64,000 bases of DNA from Mustelus asterias (GCF_964213995.1 NC_135816.1:38130001-38194000); one strand, 5' to 3'; shown: positions 12,811-26,107, counted from the first letter of the stretch. Made by a program: numbers and translations. Notes: generated by a model from the letters alone, not told the origin.

Positions 12811-15609
12811 CCTCAAAAGATAAAAATCTTCTGGAAATGTACGTACATAGATATTAGCTACGAGTAAGTTTGAGCTTGACTGGATGACCCATCCTCCCTC
12901 CTCACAGAATGTCCAGACTCAGACAAAATATTAGTTGGAAGATGGCTGCTGTTGCAACCTGTGCAAGTTATGCTGACTTACACCATCATTTCCAGGAGCG
13001 AGGAATAAGGAGAATTTGTGGAGAGTGGACAAGCCCAATACTAATTCATCGAGCAGATAATACCTTATTCAGATTGCTTAGTTTTATTATATTTATTTAC
13101 ATTGCATTTACACATGGATTTAAGATTTATTCCATTAATTTATTTTGTTAATTTTCCACAACGTATCTATCAAATTCATGATTTAATTTGTCTCTCCTTT
13201 TTAAGCATTATTTTTATAACACAGAAACAATGGCAGGCTTACGACAGAAATTACTCTAGTTACAATAAAATACTAATATTATTAATTAATAAAATGACAA
13301 TGGTTATATTTTAACAGCAGGTAATATGCAGTGGAATTTGTACCATATTATAACGTACAATTATATTTTAAAGATGTCTTTTCACCATTGACTGAGGTTT
13401 CGAAATATCTCGAGGACCTTATTTCTATGGTGACGTATGAATTTCATGCGATCCGGGAGAGAGTCATTGGACACAATAGCCCTCTGTATCGCGTTCACAG
13501 ATGTGATTTTTTTTTACAATCGTGTTACCTGTTCATTTTTGAAAACTGCGACCGCACAATTAATTGTAGGCCAGCGGATTCCTTAAGCAACCAAAGGTAA
13601 TCCATACGACTTTCCATATTCAAATCTTGCAAGATTATTCAAAATAAGAAACACGTGTCGGTTGCAGCTTCTAGAATGAAAACACAGGAGGATTTCAACT
13701 GCACAATAAGTTTAGAATAAATACAATCTAAACAAGGCTCACGTCTTTGACAAATATATTTTTAAAAATCCCTGTCTAATTTTCAAATCCGCTGCTGTGT
13801 TTGCACGTAGCGTCCGTCGAAGGTAAAACATTTTCAATATCTGAAACACATCTTAGATACTATGCATTGTTTTGCATATGCATGTAAAGCGTAATGTCGA
13901 CGTGTTCACGATCTCTCAAGATTTCTACAGGGAACAATAGGCAACTCTGATAAAACAGCGGGCTGGGAGAAATGGAAGGTATATTAGCAGATCCGGTATT
14001 TTTTCATATCGGGTATCAAATTTAATATGCGTAAAGGTTCCAATTTAGACAATGCGAGTAAGCTAGCAGATGGGCAATTGATTTTGGAACATGCTAAGCC
14101 TGGAACAGCTGGCATCACAGTGGAACAGACGAGGCAATTCTTAAGTCTTTGTTGAAGGGGACAGACATTTGTGAAGAAATCAGGCTGACATAATGGCAAC
14201 TTATAACCACACTGCTGCTGGACATTACCTGTAATTAGGAAATTGTTGATATGTTTCCTGTTGTTTGCAATTAAATAAACATATTAAATGCAAACGCTTA
14301 TTTTTAATAAACATGGTCGTGCCTTGTACAATTTTAGATGGTGCTCAAGTCATTTCCAGAGTTCTACTTGAATATTGTAAACGGTGATCCGTTTTGTGCT
14401 GTGCACTGTGCTGGCTGTTACATTGTGTCTGGAAAAACAGTCAGCTGATGGCATTGATGTCTGCACCAAACAGACAGCACGTTTAGCTGGTCCAGGCATA
14501 ATCAGCAATGTTGGATTAGTTCCCAGGTTGAAGGCAATTTACAATAGGAAATGTTATGCTATTTCTTACCAGAAAATTTTGTTTATTAGTATCTACAGTT
14601 CCTGCAAAAATAACTGCCGGCTTTTTTCTACTAACAATCTCCTTAAATCCCTCTGCCCCGCCCCTACGCCCTCACCTTAAACAAATGACTAAATGCATTT
14701 TTTAGATCAAAATAATAACTTTCCAAGCTCTTATATGTACTCTATTCTGCATTGTTTTCTTTTACTAGCTGACTTTGTATGGATTCAGGATCTGCTCCTT
14801 CGCTAAGATTTAAGAGTATTGATAAGGAATCAATAGTAGCCTTCAAAATACCAAGATCAGAATACTCCTTTGGAGGCTAGTATTGTTCAACTCACCCTCT
14901 CCCAGTATATCCATCCCCAGAGGCACTCCAGGTCCTAAGTGAGCCAGGCCCTATATACAAATTAGGAGCAGGAATCGGCCATTTGGCTCCTCAAGCCTGC
15001 TCTGAAATTTGATAAATTGATGACTGATCCATGGGGGTAGAGGGAACACATGAAATTGCATCAACAAGATTCTCTCTGGAATCCTGCCCATCCTGACCTG
15101 GAAGCAATTTTATGGTGGGTTAGGCAGGGTTTGGTGGGAAAGCCCGCTCTTGCCCCAATTAAGGACCTTTTCCCACTCTGCCTGAATTTTTAGGCTGGTT
15201 GGCAGGTGACAGATCAGGGGAATTGAAAAATCGAAATAATTACATCTCGGGTGGGAAAGCCTCCTTTTGAAGGCTGGTGGCCTCTCGTGAAGGCCCGGAA
15301 ACTCCAGACCTCCATTGCCCCTTCCTCCCTCGCCACCCAGGACTCAATTGCTCCTCTTTGCAACCTCCCCAGGTGTCCCCTCCACTCGCTGGAACACCTA
15401 TCACTCACCTGGCCTCCATGTCCCGACACTTAATCCCAGACATGTCACTGAAGTGCCAGTCAGTTTGACTGGCAGCTAACCAAGGTGGGACTTCCATCTC
15501 ATGATGGATGGAAGTTCTGGCTGCTGCCATTCAACGCTTGTTAGAGCATAAAATGACACAAGGCCTGTTGAAAGTCAGTGGGGATGTGTTTTGAAAAATT
15601 CAGACCCTG

Positions 15610-16820
15610 AACAGCTTACTAGACCATTTTGAAGGGCAGCTGAGAGTCAACCACATTGCTGTGAGTTTGGAGTCACACGTACGATGGCAGATTTCCTTCC
15701 CCAAAGGGTCTTAGTGAGTAGATGGATTTTTGTGACAATCAATGTTAGTTTCATGGTTACCATCACTGGAACTAGCTTTCAATTCCAGATTTTTCTTATT
15801 TTTTTATTCATTCATGGGATATAGGCCTCGCTGGCTGGCCAGCATTTATTGCCCATCCCAAGTTGCCCTTGAAACTGAATGACTTGAAAGGCCAATTCAG
15901 AGGGCAGTTGAGAGTCAACCACATTGCTGTAGGCCTGGAGTCACATGTAGGCCAGACCAGGTAAGGACAGCAGATTTCCTTCCCACAGGAGCATTAGTGA
16001 ACCAGATGCATTTTGCCAATAATGGACAATGGTTTCATGGTCATCATGATTCTTAATTCCAGGTATTTTTTATTGAATTCAAATTAAACCATCAGCTGTG
16101 GCGGGGTTTGAATCCATGTGCCAATGAGAATGTGTATAAGGTAGATTGAGAAGAGGAAAGGGTTAAAATTGGGATGCAAAACTAGGAATCAGTTGAGGGA
16201 TAAACTGGTTATGGAAAGGGCCTGAGGCGAGGGTGACAAGGCTGACCGAAACTAATGATCACGTTAAAGAAACTGCTAATAGGTAATTGTGGTTCTGGCT
16301 TCGGAGGGCAGGGCCTTATCGATTGGCCTTTTGTTCTTGAAAGTAATCTAATCAGAAACTTTAATAGCCATGTCCTTACGTGGCTATCGCCTTTTGTTCT
16401 TGAAAGTAATCTCATCAAAATGCAACAATACAGCTGTGCCCTTATTGGCTAACAGAAGTATGTGGATGTATCGCCGTCGTGTATAACTGAAACAGTTTTG
16501 TAAGCCAGACAGAGACTCACGAACCCATGCTTGATGCGCATGGTCTAGCGATCTCTCCTCCGATGCAATAAAGAAGGTTTGCGGAGAAACCTGTGTCTCA
16601 TCAATTTTTGATCCGACTTCCGAAAGCGAATTCCACACCATAACATTAGCTGAATTTCTGGATTAATAATCTAGCGATAATACCACTTGGCCACTGACTT
16701 CCCCATTTAATTGCATTTAAATTACACCAGCTGCCATAATGGGATTTGAACCTATGGCTCAAGGCTTTGGGCCTCTGGATTACTAGTCCACTGACATTAC
16801 CATGACACCATCATCACCCC
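15610..16820 (-). mobile_element. Nested Deu-domain-type SINE copies (SacSINE-like), interrupted by an LTR
   Basis: Two copies of GGGCAG.TGAGAGTCAACCACATTGCTGT..GGAGTCACA..GCAGATTTCCTTCCC; tRNA-like head remnants (GGGATTTGAACC) at ~16100 and ~16740. Confidence 0.5.
16125..16645 (+). mobile_element. Putative solo LTR
   Basis: TG...CA ends; internal ~63-bp tandem repeat (16326-16420); ATTGG (CCAAT) box; TATAAC at ~16483; AATAAA at 16567; CpG-rich; splits a SINE. No TSD seen and the 5' end is uncertain. Confidence 0.55.
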
Positions 16821-17646
16821 ATTATAAATACTTATGCTCTGCAAAACATATTGGGGTGCAAACAAAAGGGGAGCAGTTTTTATTTCAAATATTGGGAATC
16901 CTTTTAGAGTCATAGTCATAGAGTTTTACTGCACAGAAAGAGGCCCGTCATGTCTGCAGCGGCCATTAAGCACCTATCTATTCTAACCCAATTTTTCAGC
17001 ACTTGGTCTGTAGCCTTGTATACTATGGTGTTTCAAATGCTCATTTAAATGCTTCTTAAATGTTATGCGGATTCCCGCCTCTACCACCCTTTCACGCAAT
17101 GAGTTCCAGATTCTCACCACCCTTTGAGTGAAAAGATTTTTCCTCAAACTCCCTCTAAATCTCCTTCCCCATACCTTAAATCTGTGCCCCCTGATATTAA
17201 TCCCTCCACGAAGGGGAACAGTTTCTTCCTATCTACCCTATCTATGACCCTCATAATTTTGTACACCTCAGTCAGGTTCTCTCCCCCCCCCCCCCCCCCC
17301 CACCCCCTCAGCTTTCTTTGCTCGAAGGAAAACAACCCCAGCTTAACCAGCCTCTCCTCATAGCTGAAACACTCTCGCCCAGGCAACACCCTGGGGAATC
17401 TCCTCTGCACCCTCTCCAATATAATCACATCCTTCCTATAGTGTGGCGAGCAGAACTGCACACAGTACTCCAGCTGTGACCTAATGAGCGTTTTATACAG
17501 CTCCATCATAACCTCCCTGTTCTTATATTCTTTACCTCAGTTAATAAAAGTATCCCATATACCTTCTCATCCAGCTTATCTACCTGTCCTGCTGCCTTCA
17601 GGTCCCTCTGGTCTTCTGTACCTTCTAGTGTCCGACCATTCAATAC

Positions 17647-17767
17647 AGGTGATGAAGGAGCGATGCTCCGAAAGCTTGTGCTACCAAATAAACCTGTTGG
17701 ATTTTAACCTGGTGTTGTGAGACTACTTACTGTGCCTACCCCAGTCTAACGCCAGCAACTCCACGTC
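17647..17767 (+). mobile_element. PLE 3'-end fragment with TSD
   Basis: GTGATGAAGGAGCGATGCTCCGAAAGCTTGTG..ACCAAATAAACCTGTTGG..CTCCACGTC; flanked by ACCATTCAATAC and ACCATTCATTAC. Confidence 0.8.
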
Positions 17768-18197
17768 ACCATTCATTACGTATTCCCTTACCTTATTAGT
17801 CCTCCCAAAATACATCACCTCACATTTTTCAGGGTTAAATTGCATGTGACTGGCCTGTCTATATTGTTCTGTAATCTAAGACTTTCCTCCTCGCTTTTTC
17901 CCACACCACCAATTTTTGTGTCATCCACGAATTTACGGATCATACCACCCACATTCACATCTCGATGAATAATGTATACGACAAAAAGCAAGGGACCCAG
18001 CACCAATCCCTTCAGTATACCACTGGACACAGGCTTCCAGCCACAAAAACAACCATCGACCATCACCCTCTGCCTCCTGCCATTAAGCCAATTTTGGATC
18101 TAATTTGCCAAATTGCTCCAGATCCCATGGGCTCTCACCTTGACCAGTCTCCCATGTGGGACCTTGTCAACAGCCTTACTGAAGTCTGTGTAGACTT

Positions 18198-18400
18198 GCA
18201 TTCCAACCATTATTTTGTAAATTGAGTTTGTGTCTTTATATGCCCTGTTTGTGAACAGAACTCCCACTCACCTGATGAAGGGGCAGCGCTCCGAAAGCTA
18301 GTGGCTTGTGCTACCAAATAAACCTGTTGGACTTTAATCTGGGGTTGTGAGACTTCTTACTGTGTTTATCCCAGTCCAACACCAGCATCTCCACATCATA
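18198..18400 (+). mobile_element. PLE 3'-end fragment containing a hammerhead motif
   Basis: Matches 27376-27548 plus the tail CCCCAGTCCAACACCAGCATCTCCACATC. Confidence 0.85.
18269..18303 (+). ncRNA. Minimal type I hammerhead ribozyme motif (PLE-associated)
   Basis: CAC-CTGATGA-A-GGGGC agc GCTCC-GAAA-GC-TA-GTG: core boxes, 5-bp stem II, palindromic AGCT stem III, CAC/GTG stem I. Confidence 0.7.
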
Positions 18401-18944
18401 ACTCTCTTGTGGCCAGAGAAGATTTGAAAATTAGTCTCAAAGCCCCTGTAATCTCCGCTCTTGCTTCTTACAGTAGCCTAGGATATATCTCATCTGGGCC
18501 TGGGAATTTATCCACTTTTAAGCCCGTTTAAACCGCTAACACTTCCTCCCTCTCAATGCTAATGTATTCAGTAATATCATCGTCTCCCTCCCTGCTTTCT
18601 ACACCTACATCACCCTTCTCCATAGTGAACACAGATGCAAAATACTCATTTAATGCCTCACCTACGTCTTTCAGCTCCACACACAGATTACCACTTTCCT
18701 CCCCAATGGGCCCTTCTCTTTCTCTGGTTACCCTCTTGCCCTTAATATTCATATATATCCATGGGATTTTCCTTTATTTTGCTTGACAGAGGTTTTTAAT
18801 GCCCCCTCTTCACTCTCCTAATTTTTTTAAGTACCTACCGCCCTGCACTTTCTATACTTCTCTGGGGCATCCACTTTTGTTAGCCCCCTGTATCTGCCTT
18901 AAGCCTCCCTTTTATCAGATACAGTACTCCCTTACACTTAATAA

Positions 18945-19910
18945 TTTATTTAGACTTAGTTCCTCCAGTCCCATGTGGGACAATGGGCAGTAAGACTCCA
19001 CCACCAGCCTTTGTGGTGTCCTGCTCTTGGAAATTCTCCTTAAATGTACTTCACCAGGTCTTCTTTGGCAAGCCCGTCTTCTTCTCCTTTTGGTGGTGTC
19101 CATTCTGCTGCCACTCTGGTGTGGCATATATCCTAAGGGCAAAATATGTGTCCTGTCAGCTTCAATTGTCTCTTTGTCATGAAGTCCACAGGTGACTCTG
19201 ACCAGTCCTCTCTAGCACCTCTTTGTTGGTGATGCCGTTCTTCCTTGTGATGCTCAGGATCTTAGGCAACACTGATGAAAAGTGTCAACCTATGTGACGC
19301 CTTTGCAGTTCTTCTCCATGTCTCACAGGCATAAATTGAACTTGGTACTATTAAGGACATGTAGAGTCGCAGCTTCATGGCCATGTTAGTGGCATTTAAT
19401 GGCCAGAATGTGTGGAGCCATATTGTTAGGCCGATGCTGCTTTTCTGATTCTTGTGTGAAAGCCAATCTCTACAACCCTCTCCAGAGATTTTGCTTCCTG
19501 GGTAGGAGAAATGGTTGACATCCTTAATGTTCTGTTGTCCAATGGTGATAGCCTTGTTGCCGTCCAGTCATCATTGTCTTGGACTTGTCAAAGCTGATGA
19601 TTAGACCAACATTGGCACCTCTATTCTGAAGACTGGTGGTCATGTTTTGGAGCAGGCGGGATTCTTTGACCAGCAAGATGATGTTGTCGACGAAATTCAG
19701 GACTGTCAACTGGTGGTGTTGCAACAGGATACCAAAGATTGCACCTACCATCACTTTCCTCATGATGGAATCAATAGCCAAGAGGAAAAGGAATGGGGTG
19801 AGTATGGAACCTTGCCATACTCATGTACTGATGTTGAAGGAGTCCCTGGTGCCTGTGCTGGTCTTAATGCAACAGCTGAAGTCACTGTATAAGGCTTTGA
19901 AAATTTAATA
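18945..19910 (-). mobile_element. RTE-type LINE RT fragment
   Basis: FLLAIDSIMRK..LTVLNFVDNIILL (degenerate FADD), GLIISFDKSKTM, and a basic PKKTW C-terminal remnant. Confidence 0.65.
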
Positions 19911-20089
19911 TTCCCTCATACAAAAGAGCGGAAAGAACTTTGTATACAAAATGATAGCAAACTTCACATTGGACCACCTTGACTTAAACACAAGAATACA
20001 TGAACTATAGACATTAAGCTAAACATGACATGTCTTTGTCAAAATTGTTGACAGGTTTTAGTCGTAAAACAGAATTTCCCTTATTTATT

Positions 20090-20385
20090 TTTATTTATTT
20101 TATTAGTGTCACAAGTAGGCTTACATTAACACTGCAATGAAGTTACTCTGAGTATCCCCTAGTCGCCACACTCCGGTGCCTGTTCGGGTACACTGAGGGA
20201 GAACTTAGCATGGCCAATGCACCTAACCAGCATGTCTTTCGAACTGTGGGAAGAAACCGGAGCACCCGGAAGAAACCCACGCAGATACGGGGAGAACATG
20301 CAAACCCACACAGTGACCCAAGGCCGGGAATCAAACCCGGGTCCCTGGCGCTGTGAGGCAGCAGTGCTAACCACTGTGCCATTAT
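20090..20385 (-). mobile_element. V-SINE, alternative tail
   Basis: Same head, V-domain and tail as 7400-7706. Confidence 0.85.
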
Positions 20386-20435
20386 GGCACTCCCTCAGCC
20401 AAATTTTTTTTAAAAGATTTATTTAAATTTATAGT

Positions 20436-20514
20436 CATGATGTGGAGATGCTGGTGTTGGACTTGGGTGGGCACAGTAAGAAGTCTCAACCTGGTGTTCT
20501 GAGACTTCTTACTG
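20436..20514. mobile_element. Miniature inverted PLE-end insertion
   Basis: Reverse tail plus ACAGTAAGAAGTCTCA / TGAGACTTCTTACTGT inverted arms; TSD TAAATTTATAGT at 20424-20435 and 20515-20526. Confidence 0.8.
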
Positions 20515-21875
20515 TAAATTTATAGTAATAGTAATAGATGCAGCATTCGTTAGGCAGTTTGTTTATCATTGTTCTCCATTCCCTCAATGCTTTATTGAAT
20601 AAATTGTGCAACATTTAACTCTATAGATTAGAAACATCTAATTTTTAATCCTGTATTTTTACATATAAAGCGGTCAATTCCCCATCATCACGCTCGGGGA
20701 ATGGTCCCTTTACAGCAATGATAATTGGGTCAGTGGGCCTCATTACTCTCAGTATGGAACTCCCAATTATACAATAGAATGTTTTTTTCATTCTTTAAGA
20801 AAGTGCTATGTGTATGTGCTGGCCTCATTTGAGACATCAAAAGTATTTCATGAATGAACATTGGTCCCCCATGGTCTTTTGCAGTACAGTTTCAGATTCA
20901 TTGACTATCTGTATAAAATACACTGGGAGACTGCCAAGCTATTTGATCCATCACTCCAATATTGAAAATCAGGTTGCCATTTTTTTTTTACTGAACTTAC
21001 AAAACTAAATGTTTTACATTACAGTTATTCTCCCCCCACCCAACCCCCGATATTGCTGGGTTTTTTGTAGTTCAAAAGAATGCAAAAATAGAAAAGTAAG
21101 AGGTTACCCTGGAACAGCTAGCATTAGAAGACAAGAACATATTAATGACATTTTCAAACTGTTCTATTGACACTGAATTGGAATTGGAGGCAAGCTCTGT
21201 CTTCCTTCTTGTAATGGTATAAAATCGGGAAAGGCCAAGAACAATGTGTATTCATGCATTTTTGTAATACCTGTTCACCAACCTCCCAGTGCCAGCATGA
21301 CTTTTAATGACTATCTTGTCAAATCTTGACAGTCAATTATTTTCAATCATTAATTAAAATTAATTATAAAAGGCCACCAAAGTTTACAATCAAACCTTTG
21401 CTCGATTTGAGAAAAACCTTCTACCAGCTGCTTTTACATTAGGGCTGTTGACTTCCTTTCCGGTTTACAGCTGGCCATTTTAATTTTGGAGTGAGCTGTT
21501 CAGTCAACAAGCCATTTAAAAATCAAATATTAAAAGTCTAATTATTGAGTAACCAGGGAAACACGAAAGGAAATACAAAATATGAAGTGACAAACCTAAT
21601 AATAGGAGAGCTGCACAGATGGGTTAGCTAATCCAATGAGTAGCAAAGGGAAATAAGCAATATTTTAAATTTATTTAAGGGAGTGGGCATCGCTGACTAG
21701 GCCAGCATTTATTGCCCATCCCTACTTGCCCTTGAGAAGGTGGTGGTGAGATGCCTTCTTGAACCACTGTAGTCCATGTTGTGTAAGTACACCCTCAGTG
21801 TGGTGTGACCCAATGGCAGTGAAGGAATGATGCTATATTTCCAAGTCAGGATGGTGAGTGCTAAACAAAATAAGT

Positions 21876-21995
21876 AGTCTAACAACACCAGGTTAAAGTC
21901 CAACAGGTTTATTTCTAAACCTGTTGGACTTTAACCTGGTGTTGTTAGACTTCTAACTGTGTTTACCCCAGTCCAACGCCGGCATCTCCACATCA
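21876..21995. mobile_element. Miniature inverted PLE-end insertion
   Basis: 36-bp inverted arms (21876-21911 and 21916-21951) followed by the tail; TSD AAACAAAATAAGT / AAACAAATTAAGT. Confidence 0.8.
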
Positions 21996-22008
21996 AAACA
22001 AATTAAGT

Positions 22009-22310
22009 GACAGCCATTCACTGGTTCATTCCTCAGGGCAATGTTTTGACCAATCAGAAGTAAATTGCCTAGTTTAAATTTCAAACAATGCTCATCAGTT
22101 AACTGTCAGTCACCATCAACTGACGTATTCGCCATGGTAACACCTCTACCAATCAGAGTCAACTTGCCAACCAATCAGAACTCTCGTCTCAGACAGTAAA
22201 AATAGTTTGTTTCCCCTGACTATAGCATTCTTGCAAACTGTCCTGATGATTGCAAGATGAAAAGCTTTGATCATTTCTTTTTTTCAGCAATACTCAAATT
22301 ATATACTACC
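22009..22310 (+). mobile_element. Probable pseudo-LTR end of another PLE family
   Basis: Three CCAATCAGA boxes followed by a degenerate hammerhead-like CTGTC-CTGATGA-TTGCAAGAT-GAAA-AGCTT at 22238-22270. Confidence 0.4.
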
Positions 22311-22329
22311 AAATCACTATTGGGATATG

Positions 22330-25300
22330 AGAAACAGGCTGACTATAAAAGTGAAAAATAAATAGAAGAAGCTAAGGGAAAGTCTGAGCAGATATTGGCA
22401 GCTAATTTTAAAGGGAATCCGAAGTCTCCAATAGGCAAACGAATAGTAAAAGATTCAATTAAGGAGTGGGGCCAATTAGGGTCCAAAAAGGGGACTTTCG
22501 CACAGCGACTGAGGACATAAATGATTAAATCTGTCCTTAGTAAAGAAGAAGATTCTGCCCAAGTCATAGTGAAAGAGGAGGTAGTTGAAAAACTGGATGG
22601 GCTAAAAATTAAAAAGAGGCATTAGAAAGATTGACTGTACTTAAAATTGATAAATCACCAGGTCCAGACTGAATGCATCTGAGAATAATGAGGGAAGTAG
22701 AGTGGAAATTGTAGAGGTACTGGCCATAATCCTCTAATACTCCATATATACAGGGTGATGCCTGAGGATTGGAGAACTACAAATGTCATTCTTGTTCAAA
22801 AAAGGGTGTAAGGATTAACTCAGCAACTACTGGCCAGTTAGTTTAACCTCAATGGAAGGAATACTTTTAGAAATTATAATCTGGGATAAAATTCACCAAC
22901 ATTGGATAAATTTGGATTGATTAAAGAAAGCTAGCCCATATTAGTTAAAGGAAAACCATATTTAACTAATTTGATAAGGTAACAGAGAGGGTTAGAACAT
23001 AGAACAGTACAGCGCTGATGGAAAGAATTGCCTCAACACAAGGGCATCCCAGGTGCACTGATACCAAGGGACACGTTAATACACAGACTGACAGCCTACT
23101 CTTGTTCACTCACATCACTAACTATAGAGATTCTGCGTTCGCTTGCAAAATAATTTAGTGCTTATAGTTGTGTCAGGGTTTGGTGTTTGTAAAACCTTTA
23201 GCAAATGGATCCATAACCACTCTTGATCTACTGCACATTCCCACCAGTGGAGTGCTGATATCAAGTCTAAGAATCCTTTCTCCAGTACCATTTTTCTGCA
23301 GTCGATGTTTTGCTAGAGTTTCGCCCCAATAATTCTGTCTTGTTATCCCTCTTTCCACCCCCCTCCCCATTTAAAAAATAATTCCTATCTGTCCCAACAT
23401 GGTAGAAGTAAATTTAACTTGAATATTTTCTTCAGTCACAGCTCAAGTGTCCCAGAGAGTGCAGTTCTTTCCTATCAAAGTTAGTCCAACAGGGCACCAT
23501 CTGGAACTGCATATTGATGTTGGACAGAAGGTTGAAAGTTTTTCTTTGTACGCAGAATTAGATACTCAGATTACAGTTTATACGGTGACACAGTGGTTAG
23601 CACTGCTGCCTCACAGCGTCAGGGACCCGGGTTCAATTCCGGCCTCGGGTCGCTGTGTGGAGTTTGCACATTCTCCCCGTGTCTGCGTGGGTTTCCTCCG
23701 GGTGCTCCGGTTTCCTCCCACAGTCCAAAGATGTGCGGCTTAGGTTGATTGGCCATGCTAAATTGACCCTAGTGTCAGGGGGATTAGTAGGGTAAATATG
23801 TGGGGTTACGGGAATAGGGTCTGGGTGGGATTGTGGTCGGTGCAGACTCGATGGGCCGAATGGCTTCCTTCTGCACTGTAGGTTTATTCTATTCTATTCT
23901 ATTCTAGCACAGAACAGGCCCTTCGGCCCACGATGTTGTGCCGAGCTTTATCTGAAACCAAGATCAAGCTATCCCACTCCCTATCATCCTGGTGTGCTCC
24001 ATGTGCCTATCCAATAACCGCTTAAATGTTCCTAAAGTGTCTGACTCCACTATCACTGCAGGCAGTCCATTCCACAGCCCAACCACTCTCTGCGTAAAGA
24101 ACCTACCTCTGATATCCTTCCTATATCTCCCACCATGAACCCTATAGTTATGCCCCCTTGTAATAGCTCCATCCACCCGAGGAAATAGTCTTTGACTATT
24201 GATGAAGATAATGAAGGTTATGTGGTTGACAGACTTTCAAAAGGCATTTGATATAGTGCCACATAACAGGCTTGTCCGCAGAGCTAAAGCCCATGAAATA
24301 AAAGGGACAGTAGCAGCATGAAAACAAAGTTGGTTGGGTGACAGGAAACAGAGGGTAATGGTGAACAGTTGTTTTCTGACCTGGAAGAAGGTGAGATTCC
24401 CCAAGGAATCACTGCTCTTCTTGATATATATTAACGGTCTAGACTTGGATGTGCAGGACTCAAGTTCAAAGTTTGCGGATGAAACTGTGAATTGTGAGCA
24501 TAGTGATAGACTTGAAGAGGACATCGACAGGCTGGTGGAATGGGTGGACATGTGACAGATGAAATTTAATGCAGAGAAGTGATATTCAGGTGGGAAGAAT
24601 GAGAAGAGGCAATATAAAATAAAGAGTACAATTCCAAAGGTGATACATGGGCAGAGGGAAACATGTACAAATCATTAACGATGGCAGGGCAGATTGAGAA
24701 AGTGATTAACAAAGCATACAAGATCCTGGGCTTTAAAAATAAAGGTATACAGTGTAAAGCAAGGAGATTATTATGAGCTTTTATAAAACATTTGTTTGGC
24801 CTCATCTGGAATATTGTGTCCAATGCTCGGCACCATACTTTAGGAAGGATCCCAGAGCAACAAAGAAGCTGCAGAAAAGATTTCTGAGAATAGATTCATG
24901 GAGAAAAAACTTGGATATATTGGAGGAGCTGTGCCTGCTCTTCTTACGATAGATGTATTCAAAGTCATGAGGGATCCGGACAGAGCAGACAAGGAGAAAC
25001 TGTTCTCATTGGACATGGTAGATAGGGAGAAACTATTCCCACTGGTTGAGAACTGGAGGACACCAATTTATGGTGAATGGCAAAAGAATCAAAGGCGACA
25101 TGAGGAAAAACTATTTTACATTTTAGGATCTGAAATGCATTGTCTGAATGTGCTGGATTCATGGATATCATGGATATTAAAAGAGAATTGAATTATTATC
25201 TGAATAGAAAAACATTGTGGGCAATGAGGAAAATGTAAGAGTATGAGACTTGCTGAATTGCACTTGCAAAGAGCCAGTACAGACATGACAGGCCAAATGG

Positions 25301-25335
25301 CCTCCTTCTGTGATATAACCATGTTATGATTCTAT
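22330..25335 (+). mobile_element. Degraded CR1 ORF2 with nested insertions at 22992-24197
   Basis: DKSPGPD, DFQKAFDIVPHNRL, KFADE and HLEYCVQ remnants; 3' tail ending TTATGATTCTAT. Confidence 0.85.
23581..23905 (+). mobile_element. V-SINE with (TTCTA)n tail
   Basis: Standard head and V-domain; ends TTCTATTCTATTCTATTCTA. Confidence 0.9.
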
Positions 25336-25412
25336 ACTTTCTCCAAGTATTTCAGTCATCTATTAATAATTAAGATGGCATCTATTAAGGCATAACTCAA
25401 TTAAGTGAGTGG

Positions 25413-26107
25413 GAGTCCTGTTCACAAACAGGGCATATAAAGACACAAACTCAATTTACAAAATAATGATTGGAATGCGAGTCTTTACAGGTAATCAAGT
25501 CTTAAAGGTACAGACAATGACGAGAGAGCGTTAAGCACAGTTTAAAGAGATGTGTATTGTCTCCAGCCAGGACAGTTAGTGAGATTTTGCAAGCCCAGGC
25601 AAGTCGTGGGGGTTACAGATAGTGTGACATGAACCCAAGATCCCGGTTGAGGCCGTCCTCATGTGTGCGGAACTTGGCTATCAGTCTCTGCTCAGCAACT
25701 CTGTGTTGTCGTGTGTCATGAAGGCCGCCTTGGAGAACGCTTACCCGAAGATCAGAGGCCGAATGCCCGTGACCGCTGAAGTGTTCCCCAACAGGAAGAG
25801 AACACTCTTGCCTGGTGATTGTCGAGCGGTGTCCATTCATCCGTTGTCGTAGCGTCTGCATGGTCTCCCCAATGTACCATGCCTCGGGACATCCATTCCT
25901 GCAGCGTATCAGGTAGACAACGTTGGCCGAGTTGCAAGAGTAGGTACCGTGTACCTGGTGGATGGTGTTCTCACGTGAGATTATGGCATCCGTGTCGCTT
26001 CGAAAGCTAGTGGCTTTTGCTACCAAATAAACCTGTTGGACTTTAACCTGGTGTTGTTAAAACTCTTATTGTGTTTACCCCAGTCCAACGCCGGCATCTC
26101 CACATCA
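25413..26107. mobile_element. Penelope-like element fragment with internal inversion (GIY-YIG C-terminus on -, 3' end on +)
   Basis: Minus ORF NVVYLIRCRNGCPEAWYIGETMQTLRQRMNGHR..GLN is a PLE GIY-YIG endonuclease; orientation switches at 25997/25998. Confidence 0.9.

Larger units (their letters stand above)
16905..18930 (-). mobile_element. CR1 LINE 3' portion carrying two PLE-end insertions
   Basis: LYKTLIRSQLEYCVQFCSPHYRKD, GLVLGPLLFVVYI..KFVDDTKIG and LNEYFASVFT. Confidence 0.9.
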
